Positions 18,987 through 28,832 of a DNA stretch of 64,000 nt are shown piece by piece. The stretch covers positions 32,001 to 96,000 of the forward strand of contig CAVZIW010000010.1 of NCBI GenBank assembly GCA_963775465.1, given 5' to 3'. The translations under genes were made by a program, and so were the position numbers. The DNA is from Candidatus Bathyarchaeota archaeon (lineage in GTDB: Archaea > Thermoproteota > Bathyarchaeia > Bathyarchaeales > Bathycorpusculaceae). Position 1 is the stretch's first letter. Every line of letters begins with the position of its first letter. A model generated the notes under the pieces. That model did not search any database. It was given only the letters and a program-made list of their open reading frames with translations, and was not told where the DNA came from.

Positions 18987-21053
18987 TTAGGTTGCTCTTG
19001 GATTTATAGCGCCTTTGGTGTAGGGAATGAACTCGCGAATTTGCTCAATAGAGACCTTGCCTGCTTTTTCCCGTTGGTCTTTTGACAACTTGAGCGTTAG
19101 TGTCTTGAGAGTCTGCTTAAGCAAGTCTTTCCCCATGTTATCTCCAGGACTTATGATAATATATGATTTTGTTTTGGCTTTAACAGCATCTATCGGACCG
19201 CCAACAAAAACGGTTTCTTCGCCTACAACCAGGCCGACTGCGACTCGAAGTGGTGTATTCCTATACCAATTACGTTTCCCAGAAACAAAGAACGCTCCAT
19301 GAGGCACAGACTCGCCAGATGGACCACTTTTACTGAGCTGATCGACTTTAACCCAGTAAACATCCACCGATCCTGCATTCTCACGCCAAGCCCTAGAAAA
19401 AGACGCTGCGAATTCACTAGCTTCTTTTAGGGTTTGTTCGCCGATCGAGTTTCCTTCTGCTTTGACGACAACAAACGGCGCTCCTGTGATTTCTGCGTGG
19501 AAAACAACATCTTCCTGTGAGGTGTACTTCTTGACCAAAACTTCGTTACTGACAGTATCTTTGCCCGCAACCACCAACAAACCCTCCGATGAAAAAAACC
19601 AACGGAATTTTTCATACCACTCCCTGTTTGCCATTTCTTCTTTACGTTTAGAGAGGGCTTCCATAATTTCAGCAGGTTTGAGACTTTTCATGTGCTCCGC
19701 TTCGGCTAACTCGCGCTCAGCTCTTGATAGTTTGCGTTTCGAATCTTGCAGAGCTGACAGGGCACCCTGAGCTTTTTCTTTTGCGTGTTTGCCACGTTCA
19801 TAATATCTATTCGCGTTATCAAAAAGCGAATCCCGCAAGTTAAAGCTAAAATGAAAATTGTCTAAATCTAGGTTTAAGGCCAGGTTTTTGCCGTCAAACG
19901 ATTCAACATATATTGCAGGAATCTTGCCGGCTTTTTTAGCTGCCATAACGGTTGAGATAATTTTGTCCCAGTCGTGTCCCTTCTGGTTTGCTTTTATAAG
20001 TTGTTCTTGGAACGTTTGAAACATATTAAAATGGGCGTAGATTGTATCGCCGATCTGCTTGTCCTTCTCAGATTTCTTCTGATCCTCTACGATAGATTTC
20101 TCTTGTTCAGCTACCACTCGTTTGAGGCGTTGGGTTTCCTGTTTTAATTTGTCAGTCTCGATGCTTCCAGCTGCTTTCTCAGCAACAGTTACTCGCAAAT
20201 AAAACTCATCCAAAGCTTGATTGAAAGATTCGTAAACCTGAACTTTCAAACCCTCATAACGTTTGAGTTTGAAAGGGACGGCATCTAAATAGTCACCGTT
20301 CTTATCCAAGATTATACTCGGCTCAAACTTACACTCCAAAACAGGCAAAAGCAAGCTTTGAAGCGCCTCAAAAATCGCTTTAACTTCATCAACGGTCAAA
20401 TCATTGCTGGGTTTAGTTTTTTCTACTTGTGCCCTAAGCAAAAGCTCTTCAGCGTAAACTCCACCAATACCCAAAGACCTTGCTAATCCTCGAACAACTT
20501 CTACATTGGCAGTGCTTTTTAAGATATCTTGGAGTTCGAGCATGGATACTTTGAAGGGGTTTTTTCCGCTAGAAGGTGGAAGCACAAGAGTTACTTTGTG
20601 CAAGATGTCGCGGTCTCTCATCTTCTTAAATTCCAAAGCTTGGATGATTGCGTCTTTCTCGTTTGTCAAGATAATGTTACCGTCGCCGAAAAGTTCCACC
20701 ACTAACTTGAGCATTCCAATTTTGGTTTCAAAGGTAATTGTTACGATTCTCTCAAATCCAGCTTGCTCAATTCCTCTTAACCACGAATCACGCAGATACT
20801 TGCGCATCATCATGCAGAAAGCTGGGGGCTCAGCGGGGCTTTCTTCCGCATAGCTTGTCGAGTGGAGCCTTCTGCCTGCTTCAACCACCAGTCTTATGGG
20901 TGGATTGTCGGTTTTGTGCAGTTTAAAGATTAAAGTTTTTTCTCCGAATTGGTAGATGTTATTCACTCTGGAATTAGGGATTAGCGTTTTTAGTTCTTCA
21001 GTTGCTGCAGCTATATCAAAGCTTGTAAATTCTTTTTTACGCAACTCTTGCAC
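18987..21053 (-). CDS. rqcH: Ribosome rescue factor RqcH/NEMF (NFACT family)
   Basis: ELFGDGNIIL, coiled coil, WYEKFRWF, AGKD...NE and HA motifs. Confidence 0.9.
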   Translation of the reverse strand: MQELRKKEFTSFDIAAATEELKTLIPNSRVNNIYQFGEKTLIFKLHKTDNPPIRLVVEAGRRLHSTSYAEESPAEPPAFCMMMRKYLRDSWLRGIEQAGFERIVTITFETKIGMLKLVVELFGDGNIILTNEKDAIIQALEFKKMRDRDILHKVTLVLPPSSGKNPFKVSMLELQDILKSTANVEVVRGLARSLGIGGVYAEELLLRAQVEKTKPSNDLTVDEVKAIFEALQSLLLPVLECKFEPSIILDKNGDYLDAVPFKLKRYEGLKVQVYESFNQALDEFYLRVTVAEKAAGSIETDKLKQETQRLKRVVAEQEKSIVEDQKKSEKDKQIGDTIYAHFNMFQTFQEQLIKANQKGHDWDKIISTVMAAKKAGKIPAIYVESFDGKNLALNLDLDNFHFSFNLRDSLFDNANRYYERGKHAKEKAQGALSALQDSKRKLSRAERELAEAEHMKSLKPAEIMEALSKRKEEMANREWYEKFRWFFSSEGLLVVAGKDTVSNEVLVKKYTSQEDVVFHAEITGAPFVVVKAEGNSIGEQTLKEASEFAASFSRAWRENAGSVDVYWVKVDQLSKSGPSGESVPHGAFFVSGKRNWYRNTPLRVAVGLVVGEETVFVGGPIDAVKAKTKSYIIISPGDNMGKDLLKQTLKTLTLKLSKDQREKAGKVSIEQIREFIPYTKGAINPRAT

Positions 21054-21197
21054 CGTTTGAGGTCTATATTATATTCCACTATGAAATAACCATTTACGCT
21101 TACTTGGCAAAAAGATAGGTTGAGCAGGCAGAAACGGTTAATACTTAGGCATCTTTTTTAAGTAAGAACAAAATATATGTGCCAAGGATAGATTCAC

Positions 21198-21494
21198 ATG
21201 ACCCCTTTAGTTCGCCTCTACTGGATAAGAGTCACATTAGGAATAATCGCAGCCGCAATATCTGCAGTAATGGCTGAGTTAATCGGGACCCTAACTGACA
21301 TCACAACACTTGTAAACAGCATAACCATAGCCTTACTGATATATTTCATAACATACTACATTCTTCGAGCAGTCTTCAGAGACAAAATAGAAAAGCCCTC
21401 AAAAATCCTGAGTACAGGAATAGGAATGTACTTTTTTGCGTGGATAGCCTTCTTTGTCTTATTCTACACGATAATCCACATAGTAGTCGCATAA
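21198..21494 (+). CDS. Three-TM small membrane protein, EMC6-like
   Basis: Three hydrophobic helices and a G...YFFAW..F.V..YT C-terminal pattern. Confidence 0.55.
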   Translation: MTPLVRLYWIRVTLGIIAAAISAVMAELIGTLTDITTLVNSITIALLIYFITYYILRAVFRDKIEKPSKILSTGIGMYFFAWIAFFVLFYTIIHIVVA

Positions 21495-21511
21495 AAAAAT
21501 TTTATTATTAT

Positions 21512-21961
21512 TTATTTTTCTTGATTCTTCTGGAGAAAATTCCCCATAGTCACTTGACTCTTATCACTGCGAAGTGTCTCAACCTTTTCAGGTACAGCAG
21601 CTTTGCCATTTGGGCTGGGAATTTCCATACGAGTTAAGATACGCATGCAGTCTGCCCAAGCAGAAAAATACCCGCGGTCAAAATCAGCATGCAATCCATT
21701 GCCCATCTGATCAAGAAACTCTTTTCGGTAAGCGTGCAAGGCAACCTTGTCACTTAAGTCAAGTTTAGAAAAGAAAGCGTAGTCATCAGAACTACTTTTT
21801 CTGGAAAGATACATACCGTAGAGTGCTCTAAAGTACCCTCGGTTCCAATCTGTTTTCTGCATTTTTTGTTTAACACGTTCCAGTTCACGCTCAGCTTCGG
21901 CAAACTGCCTGCCAACGATGAGCTGGAAGTACCTTGTAACTAAAGCTTGAGATATCGGCAT
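21512..21961 (-). CDS. Hypothetical protein downstream of radA
   Basis: 149-aa ORF, 2 bp from the radA stop, with two RGYF repeats. Confidence 0.7.
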   Translation of the reverse strand: MPISQALVTRYFQLIVGRQFAEAERELERVKQKMQKTDWNRGYFRALYGMYLSRKSSSDDYAFFSKLDLSDKVALHAYRKEFLDQMGNGLHADFDRGYFSAWADCMRILTRMEIPSPNGKAAVPEKVETLRSDKSQVTMGNFLQKNQEK

Positions 21962-21963
21962 AT

Positions 21964-23016
21964 TTAGCGTCCACGTGATTTAGTTGCTTTCTCTTCTTCA
22001 GAGACATCTTCTATTCCGTTTTCGGTGACTTTAAGGATTTCCTCTCCTTCGGGCAAATATGGGCTTGAAACCAGCCTTGCGATTCGTATGGGTCCATGGG
22101 AAGCACGACGCAAGTAAATGCGAGTGTGACTAGTGTGACCAACAATATTTCCACCAATTGGGTGGATAGCGTCGCCAAAGAACTGGTCAGGTTTTGCCAT
22201 AACTTGATTAGTGACGACAGCCGCTGCATTAAACGCGCGAGATAACGCGACAAGCTTATGCATATGCTTGTTAAGTCTTTGTTGGCGTGACGCCAACATT
22301 TCTCTGCCTATGTATTCGCTTCGGAAATGTGCGGTTAACGAGTCAATTATGATGAGTTTAATATTGTTTGCTTTGATTATTTCGTCAGCGTTCTCCAAGA
22401 GAAACATCTGATGATCGCTTGTGTAAGCTTCTGCATAAATAATGTTTTTAACAGCCTCTTCAGGTTCTAAACCTGCGAATCTTGCCATTTGCACTATGCG
22501 TTCAAGCCTAAACGTGTTTTCTGTGTCAATATAGAGAGCTGCGCCGTTTAACCCCCCTTTTTCAGGAGGAAGTTGAACATTAACGCACAACTGGTGGCAC
22601 ATTTGGCTCTTACCGCAACCATATTCACCGTAAAACTCAGTTATGGTTTGGGTTTCTAAACCACCATCAACCATTTTGTCCAATGCTTTACTGCCCGTGG
22701 TGATTCGTGCTACAGATTTGCGCATTTTGAACAATTCGTCAGCGCGAATAAATGCTATCCCGATGGAAGATCGTGCGGCTTCTATAATTTGGAAAGCTTT
22801 CTTCTCGCTAACACCGACTGGGTCAAGTTCCCTGCTGGTTGCCATAGCTACGGATTCCACGGTATGGTAACCGAGGTCACGCAGTTTAGCCGCGGTTGCG
22901 GGACCAACTCCTGGCAGGTCTTCTATAAACTCGTATTTTTTCTTATTTGCTTCCATTTGAGCCTGTCTATCGCTGAATTCTTCTGCAGGACCATCGTCTT
23001 CAGACATAAATTTCAC
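21964..23016 (-). CDS. radA: DNA repair and recombination protein RadA
   Basis: HhH N-domain, GEYGCGKSQ Walker A, YIDTENTF, IIDSL and TNQV motifs. Confidence 0.97.
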   Translation of the reverse strand: MKFMSEDDGPAEEFSDRQAQMEANKKKYEFIEDLPGVGPATAAKLRDLGYHTVESVAMATSRELDPVGVSEKKAFQIIEAARSSIGIAFIRADELFKMRKSVARITTGSKALDKMVDGGLETQTITEFYGEYGCGKSQMCHQLCVNVQLPPEKGGLNGAALYIDTENTFRLERIVQMARFAGLEPEEAVKNIIYAEAYTSDHQMFLLENADEIIKANNIKLIIIDSLTAHFRSEYIGREMLASRQQRLNKHMHKLVALSRAFNAAAVVTNQVMAKPDQFFGDAIHPIGGNIVGHTSHTRIYLRRASHGPIRIARLVSSPYLPEGEEILKVTENGIEDVSEEEKATKSRGR

Positions 23017-23076
23017 ACTTTTATGTTGATGTATAATACGAGCTATTTAAAACACGCGAATAGACATACATTTTTC

Positions 23077-23709
23077 TTAGTGGAGGGCTAGTTGAAAGTG
23101 AAATTTTAAAGTACAGATTTCTCCTTTGATATTCACCTTCCGCATATTCACAAAAAATTTAGGGAGGAATAACGCCCATTCGTGAGCATTCTTCTTTGAG
23201 ACTACTTTAATGTTTTTTAAGGATTGACATTTCTGGACATATTCGTCGCCTTCAAGGGTGCTTTGACGGAAGTCGCTGATTAACTGTTGTATCTCCATGG
23301 TAATCTCATAGATCCTTGCTTTAATTTGATCCATATAAGAGACCGCTTATTCCTGAACAATCACTTCGGAAGGTGTCAAAGCTGTCTTTATTACGCCGTC
23401 TTCAATACGTAGGATTCGAGTTGATACTCGAGCGACGCTGGGGTCATGTGTAACCATGATCATAGTTTTACCCAGTTCCTGATTATTTTTAACAAGGTAG
23501 TCCGCTATGATTCTTGGATTTGCCGTATCCAATTCGCCAATAGGTTCATCTGCAAGTATGATAGGTGCGTCATTAGCTAGAGCGGAAGCTATTGTGATTC
23601 TTTGTTGTTCTTCTCCAATTAATTCTTCAGGCTTATGACGAGTTCGGTCTTGTAGTCCAACGGTATTGAGAAGATCTTGAAAGCGTTGTTTTTGTTCCCG
23701 CGTGGACAA
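23077..23709 (-). pseudogene. Remnant of a MacB/LolD-type ABC ATPase (C-terminal half) plus downstream fragment
   Basis: Degenerate signature (ELIGEEQQR) with ILADEP and VTHD present. No Walker A, and the ORF is split. Confidence 0.7.
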
Positions 23710-23915
23710 GTTTGGTAATAATTGTCAGAGTCGATCTAGCGTGGTGGGGATTTTGAAAATTAATGCTCTATCAGGTGTATTCTATATGATTTCCAGATTT
23801 TTTATGTGGTCTTCTTTCTGAAATAATGTGTTTTGATGTTGTTGCAATACTTGCGCAACCACAAATTTTCATAAGTAATCTTTCAGAAGTATTACTTTAT
23901 ACTGGAAGAGTTCTT

Positions 23916-24041
23916 GTGGCTAAATGTCCTAACTGCGGAACAGAAGTTGCTAAACCGAGCCGTTCATTGAGGAATCATTTTTTCTGCGTTGAAGCCTATA
24001 ACTGCAAAAATTGCAAGATAACTTTCAAAGTGAAACATTAG
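23916..24041 (+). CDS. Small Zn-ribbon protein (Cren7-like pattern)
   Basis: GTG start; AKCPNCGTEVAKP...YNCKNCKITFKV. Confidence 0.6.
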   Translation: MAKCPNCGTEVAKPSRSLRNHFFCVEAYNCKNCKITFKVKH

Positions 24042-24115
24042 CGCATGCTTGATAATTCTGCATTTAGGAAAGATTTTTAATACCGATATAATTTAGATTC
24101 TTTTGGCTGTTACCC

Positions 24116-24334
24116 TTGGATAGATTACAAGCTATGGCTATGTTGAAAGAGTTGGCTGTTAATGATTTAGTTGACCCTACCTATGTGTCGATGGTTGAAG
24201 CAAAGCCAAACCATTTTCAGATTCAAATTAAATGTGATTACAATAGACTAAAAATAGAAGAGTACGCAAAAAAAAACGGTTTAACTATATCTGAGGATAA
24301 AGACCGAAAATACTTAGTAATTTTCAAGCCATAA
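24116..24334 (+). CDS. Small hypothetical protein, paralog of 56295..56513
   Basis: MDRxxAxxxLKE(L/I) start and (V/I)F(K/R) end are shared with the paralog. Confidence 0.65.
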   Translation: MDRLQAMAMLKELAVNDLVDPTYVSMVEAKPNHFQIQIKCDYNRLKIEEYAKKNGLTISEDKDRKYLVIFKP

Positions 24335-24504
24335 CTGTAAATCTTCTACTCTTGAGATCACCTTCACCCTTCTGCAACTTTTTGATCTTTAAATAAAAGC
24401 AAAATGTCCTTAGACTTTTTTTGGACCTTGGATGCAAAAGAACTGAATATTAAAAAATTGGGCGCCAGAAACAATTAAATCGCCAAGTTCATTTCTATAA
24501 GAAC

Positions 24505-25899
24505 ATGAATAATTTTCTGGACTCTCTCAAGCAAGAAAATATGAGTCTATTTACCGATTTCTACGAATTGACAATGTGTGCAGCCTACTTTGATAATAAT
24601 AACTTTGAACCTGCAACATTTGACCTCTTTATACGTCGTCTTCCAGAAAACCGATCATACTTTCTTTTTGCCGGTTTAGAACAATCGTTACAGTATCTGC
24701 AGACTATCAACTTTTCTGAAGAACATTTAGCTTACCTAAAAAACCAGGGCTTTGGAGAGGACTTTCTGGATTATTTATCTGGATTTAGCTTTTCGGGTGA
24801 TGTGTGGGCTATTCCTGAGGGCACAGTAGCTTTTCCCAATGAACCACTAATCCGCATAACTGCCCCAATAATCGAGGCTCAGTTGGTGGAAACATTCCTT
24901 CTAAACACCGTTAACCTGCAAACAATGATGGCAACTAAAGCTTCACGTATAGTCCACGCTGCAAAAGGCAAAGCCATAATTGAATTCGGTTTGCGTCGCG
25001 AGCACGGTATTGACGCAGGAATGAAGGTGGCACGGTCAAGCTACATTGCAGGCTGTCAAGGATCCAGCAATGTTTTGGCAGGCTTGACTTATGAGATTCC
25101 AGTGTTTGGTACTATGGCGCACTCATTTGTGATGTCATATGCAAAGGAAATTGATGCTTTTCGCGCTTTCTCCAAGACTTTTCCAAATAACTCAACTCTA
25201 CTTATCGATACTTACAATGACATTGCAGGTGCAGAAAAAGCCGCTGAAGTAGCTAAAGAACTTGAAGCAAAGGGATTTAGACTTGGTGGGATCCGACTTG
25301 ACAGCGGAGATTTAACAAAAACAAGTAAACAGGTAAGGAAAATACTTGATGAGCAAGGCTTGGGGTACGTTAAGATTTTTGCAAGCGGGGACCTCGATGA
25401 ATATCAAATTAGCAAACTGCTAAAGGATGAAGCACAAATCGATGCGTTTGGAGTAGGCACAAAAATGGGAACATCCGCCGACCGACCGTATCTTGATGTA
25501 ATTTACAAGCTATGCGAAACGATGAACCCTGAAGGGACCTTTTCGCCGATAATGAAACTAAGCAAGGACAAAAATACCTTGCCTGGGCGAAAACAGGTGT
25601 TCCGTTCTAAATCCAAGGAGGGCGTTTACCAAAAAGATACAATTGCGCTTGCTGAAGAAAAAATTGAGGGTGATCCCTTGCTCTCGAGAGTAATGGAGAA
25701 TGGCAAGTTGTCCTACAAGCTGCCATCTTTAAAGGAAATCCGATGCTCTGCACAGGAAAACATGTTCCAGTTACCTGCCCCGTACAAGGAATTAACTAAC
25801 GCTCCAACATATCCTGTTGAATTGAGTTTGAAACTTCAAGACTTAATTAAAACTTTAAGAAGCCAACTAACACAAAACGAAATTCTCCATAAATCCTAA
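24505..25899 (+). CDS. pncB: Nicotinate phosphoribosyltransferase
   Basis: TDFYELTM, EFGLRR, GTMAHS, LIDTY, RLDSGD and FGVGT motifs. Confidence 0.95.
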   Translation: MNNFLDSLKQENMSLFTDFYELTMCAAYFDNNNFEPATFDLFIRRLPENRSYFLFAGLEQSLQYLQTINFSEEHLAYLKNQGFGEDFLDYLSGFSFSGDVWAIPEGTVAFPNEPLIRITAPIIEAQLVETFLLNTVNLQTMMATKASRIVHAAKGKAIIEFGLRREHGIDAGMKVARSSYIAGCQGSSNVLAGLTYEIPVFGTMAHSFVMSYAKEIDAFRAFSKTFPNNSTLLIDTYNDIAGAEKAAEVAKELEAKGFRLGGIRLDSGDLTKTSKQVRKILDEQGLGYVKIFASGDLDEYQISKLLKDEAQIDAFGVGTKMGTSADRPYLDVIYKLCETMNPEGTFSPIMKLSKDKNTLPGRKQVFRSKSKEGVYQKDTIALAEEKIEGDPLLSRVMENGKLSYKLPSLKEIRCSAQENMFQLPAPYKELTNAPTYPVELSLKLQDLIKTLRSQLTQNEILHKS

Positions 25900-26019
25900 A
25901 GAACGCGAAAAAATTCAACTCATCTATATAAAGAATAATCCAATAACCTGTGAAAATGGCAAACACTTAATAGCCTTTCCAGAAAAGGTGTAACTCTAAA
26001 TCCAAACGGAGAACCAATA

Positions 26020-27225
26020 TTGCAAAATCAACCGGCTATAATAGCTGTTGGAAGAACAAAGTTTGGCGAATACTACGGCAAAGAACCAGAAAAGCTAATC
26101 GAGGAAGCTTGGCTTGCAGCTTCAAATGACTGCTGTATCGAACGTAAAGACCTCGAAGCGTGCTATATGTCTGACTGTCTTCTTCCCATCACAAACAAAC
26201 TGGGATTAGAAGAAGGGTTCCTCTCAGAATTAACCGAACTCCATGTACCCATGGAAGTAACCCGTTCCTTCAGCGCAGCACTTCTTACCGCTTGCCATGC
26301 TATTCAAGCAGGCGTTTATGGCACTGTTTTAGTTGGTGGAATAGAAAAAATGACTGACCGCTGGGACAAAATACGTGATGATCTTATGTTACTTGATGAC
26401 CCGTGGAGTTACTTTGCAGGTGGCACCCCTGAATCTAACCATGAATTAATGCTTCGCGCTTACATTAAAAAACATAATATTACAGGTCAAAATCTGGACA
26501 CGCTAAATCTGGCTCTCGCCGAGATAGCAGTCAAGAACCACGCCAACGCATCCAAAAACAAGTATGCTCAGTACCAAAGAAAAATTACTGTTGAACAAGT
26601 TTTAACCGCAAGAAAGCAATCTCATAAATCATTAGGGCTTTACGATTTTGCCCCCATATCTGATGGAGCATCTGCATTAATTCTCACCAATGAGTCTGTT
26701 GCAAAAGAAATAAGTGATCGACCGATCCACATTTTAGGACTTGGCGCAGGAACTGACTTCCTAAATTACCCGGCGCGGGAGGACCTATCCCGTTTTATCG
26801 CCGCTGAATATGCCATGAACACTGCTTCAAAAATGGCTAACATAGCGCCCTCAGATTTGCAGGTTTTTGAGGTTAATGATCAATCTACAGTGATGGAGAT
26901 GATTTCACTGGAAGATTTAGGTTTATACAGGCCTGGAACTGCTTGGAAAAATATTCATGAAGGTTTACAGAATAGCGAAAATAGCTACACTAAAAAGGGT
27001 ACACCCCTTTATGTGAACACTGATGGTGGTCTAAAAGCGGACGGCAACCCATTAGGGGCAACCGGCGGTGCACAGATTTTTGAGGTTTTCCATCAACTCC
27101 GCGGAACTGCAGATGAAAGGCAAATTAAAAATGCTGATGGCGTGCCAAAACAGGGCTGTGTCGTTGAATTTGAGGGGTTTGGAACCAAAGCTTATGCCAC
27201 AATACTAGGAGACAAAACTAGATGA
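26020..27225 (+). CDS. Thiolase-fold protein lacking catalytic residues (pseudo-thiolase)
   Basis: GRTKFG, GGIEKM, PISDGA and NxxGGLK are present. The ACASG loop is absent, EVHDC is EVNDQ and GHP is GNP. Confidence 0.85.
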   Translation: MQNQPAIIAVGRTKFGEYYGKEPEKLIEEAWLAASNDCCIERKDLEACYMSDCLLPITNKLGLEEGFLSELTELHVPMEVTRSFSAALLTACHAIQAGVYGTVLVGGIEKMTDRWDKIRDDLMLLDDPWSYFAGGTPESNHELMLRAYIKKHNITGQNLDTLNLALAEIAVKNHANASKNKYAQYQRKITVEQVLTARKQSHKSLGLYDFAPISDGASALILTNESVAKEISDRPIHILGLGAGTDFLNYPAREDLSRFIAAEYAMNTASKMANIAPSDLQVFEVNDQSTVMEMISLEDLGLYRPGTAWKNIHEGLQNSENSYTKKGTPLYVNTDGGLKADGNPLGATGGAQIFEVFHQLRGTADERQIKNADGVPKQGCVVEFEGFGTKAYATILGDKTR

Positions 27226-28730
27226 GTAGCGAACCTATCGAACGCCGGGTTTCGTACTTAGGAGATCGCCTTAAGGCTTGTCGTTGTCAATGCTGCGGCA
27301 AAGAATACTTCGAAGTACGCGACTACTGCAGCATTTGCGGCAGAAAAAGTTACGGAAAAATGGCTAGCATAGATCTATTTTTCGATAAAGGAAAACTTGA
27401 ACTTGCAACTTACATAAACGAACCCACAAACAAATTCATGAAACTTTCAAGTTTTATCTACGGAATCGTCTCTTTTCATGATGGCAAAATTCGGGTGCCC
27501 GCTAGACTAACCGACCAATTGCTTTGTGACGGTCAAGATGTTGACATATCAAGTTTTGAAGGCAGAGAAGTAATCCCAAGGTTCCGAAGACGCTATTCAG
27601 TCGGAAAAGGCGATGTAATTCCAACAATCTCATTAGCTTTCACCCTTGCAGATGAGTACTATCCTCACCAAGAATACAAAATCGTCCAACCAACTAAGGA
27701 ATATGAACTTCCAGGTATCATCGGCTATGGAGTCTACACTTCTCGTTTCCGTATTAAAGAAAGAAATTTGGAGCGCGCTGTACCATTCATAGATGAAGAC
27801 TCTGTTACAGCTTCCGTTGAAGCTGGAAAACTAGCGCTTATCCATTCGGGTCTGGATAGTTCGCTTGTAGGTAAAGTCTATGTTGGTTCTGAATCAAACC
27901 CGTATGCAGTTAAGCCAATTGCGTCCAAGGTAGCGCAGGTCTTGAAATTAGGTGAAGAAGACGACGATATACAAGGTGTTGACGCAGTGGACACAGAATT
28001 TGCGTGCAAAGCAGGTTCAAGCATGTTTAAGGATGCAGCTGCTCTCGTGAGTTATCCCCGTTCAAACATAAAAAACGCGATGGTAATAGGTGCAGATAAT
28101 TCGCAAGCAGCTCCACGCGGATGCCCCGGAGGCGAACTCGATACCTTTGTAGGTTATGGTGCCGCTGCATTTCTCTTTGGAAAATTAGATGTCATCGCAG
28201 AAGTTGAAGGTTGGTATTCTTGTACCTCAGACACACCTGACTTTTGGCGTCGCGATGGGGAACCATTTCCAAGCCACGGAGGACGTTTTACAGGCGACCC
28301 AGCTTACTTCAAACATGTTCGCAAAGCCGCTAGCAAACTCATGGAACAATCCAACTTGCAAGCATCCGACATTAACTATTTTGTGCCCCATCAACCAAAC
28401 CCAACGTTTCCAGTTAGAATAGCAAAAGAACTAGGCTTCAAAGACGAACAATTCTCTCCTTCACTAGTGATAAACAAGTTTGGTAACACATATTCCGCTT
28501 GCTCTCCTGCAGGTCTAGGTTCAGTACTTGACATTGCAGAACCTGATCAACGAATCTTAATGGTTAGCTACGGTTCAGGAGCCGGAAGCGACGCATACCT
28601 TCTACGAACCACAAGCCAAATTCTCGAAAAGCGAAAACGCCAAAAAATTAATGTGAAATCCCAAGCTGAAAACCCCTTCATAGAATATGTCGATTACACA
28701 ACCTATAGAAGACTCAAACTAGGAATGTAA
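27222..28730 (+). CDS. DUF35 (Zn-ribbon + OB) fused to hydroxymethylglutaryl-CoA synthase
   Basis: N-terminal CxxCG...CxxCG and OB fold. C-terminal GSES, FACKAG, HQPN, GNTYS and SYGSGAGSD motifs. Confidence 0.9.
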   Translation: MSSEPIERRVSYLGDRLKACRCQCCGKEYFEVRDYCSICGRKSYGKMASIDLFFDKGKLELATYINEPTNKFMKLSSFIYGIVSFHDGKIRVPARLTDQLLCDGQDVDISSFEGREVIPRFRRRYSVGKGDVIPTISLAFTLADEYYPHQEYKIVQPTKEYELPGIIGYGVYTSRFRIKERNLERAVPFIDEDSVTASVEAGKLALIHSGLDSSLVGKVYVGSESNPYAVKPIASKVAQVLKLGEEDDDIQGVDAVDTEFACKAGSSMFKDAAALVSYPRSNIKNAMVIGADNSQAAPRGCPGGELDTFVGYGAAAFLFGKLDVIAEVEGWYSCTSDTPDFWRRDGEPFPSHGGRFTGDPAYFKHVRKAASKLMEQSNLQASDINYFVPHQPNPTFPVRIAKELGFKDEQFSPSLVINKFGNTYSACSPAGLGSVLDIAEPDQRILMVSYGSGAGSDAYLLRTTSQILEKRKRQKINVKSQAENPFIEYVDYTTYRRLKLGM

Positions 28731-28832
28731 GAACTAGAAATTTTATTCTTTTATTTCATTGAACACAAAAGTTTTGGACTTGTTAAAGCCTTTAAATAAG
28801 TAGTTGTAAATACAGGCAATTGTGAATGAGCT

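Noticed and set aside
26020-27225. Calling this an active acetyl-CoA acetyltransferase
   Set aside because: The catalytic Cys and His residues are absent.
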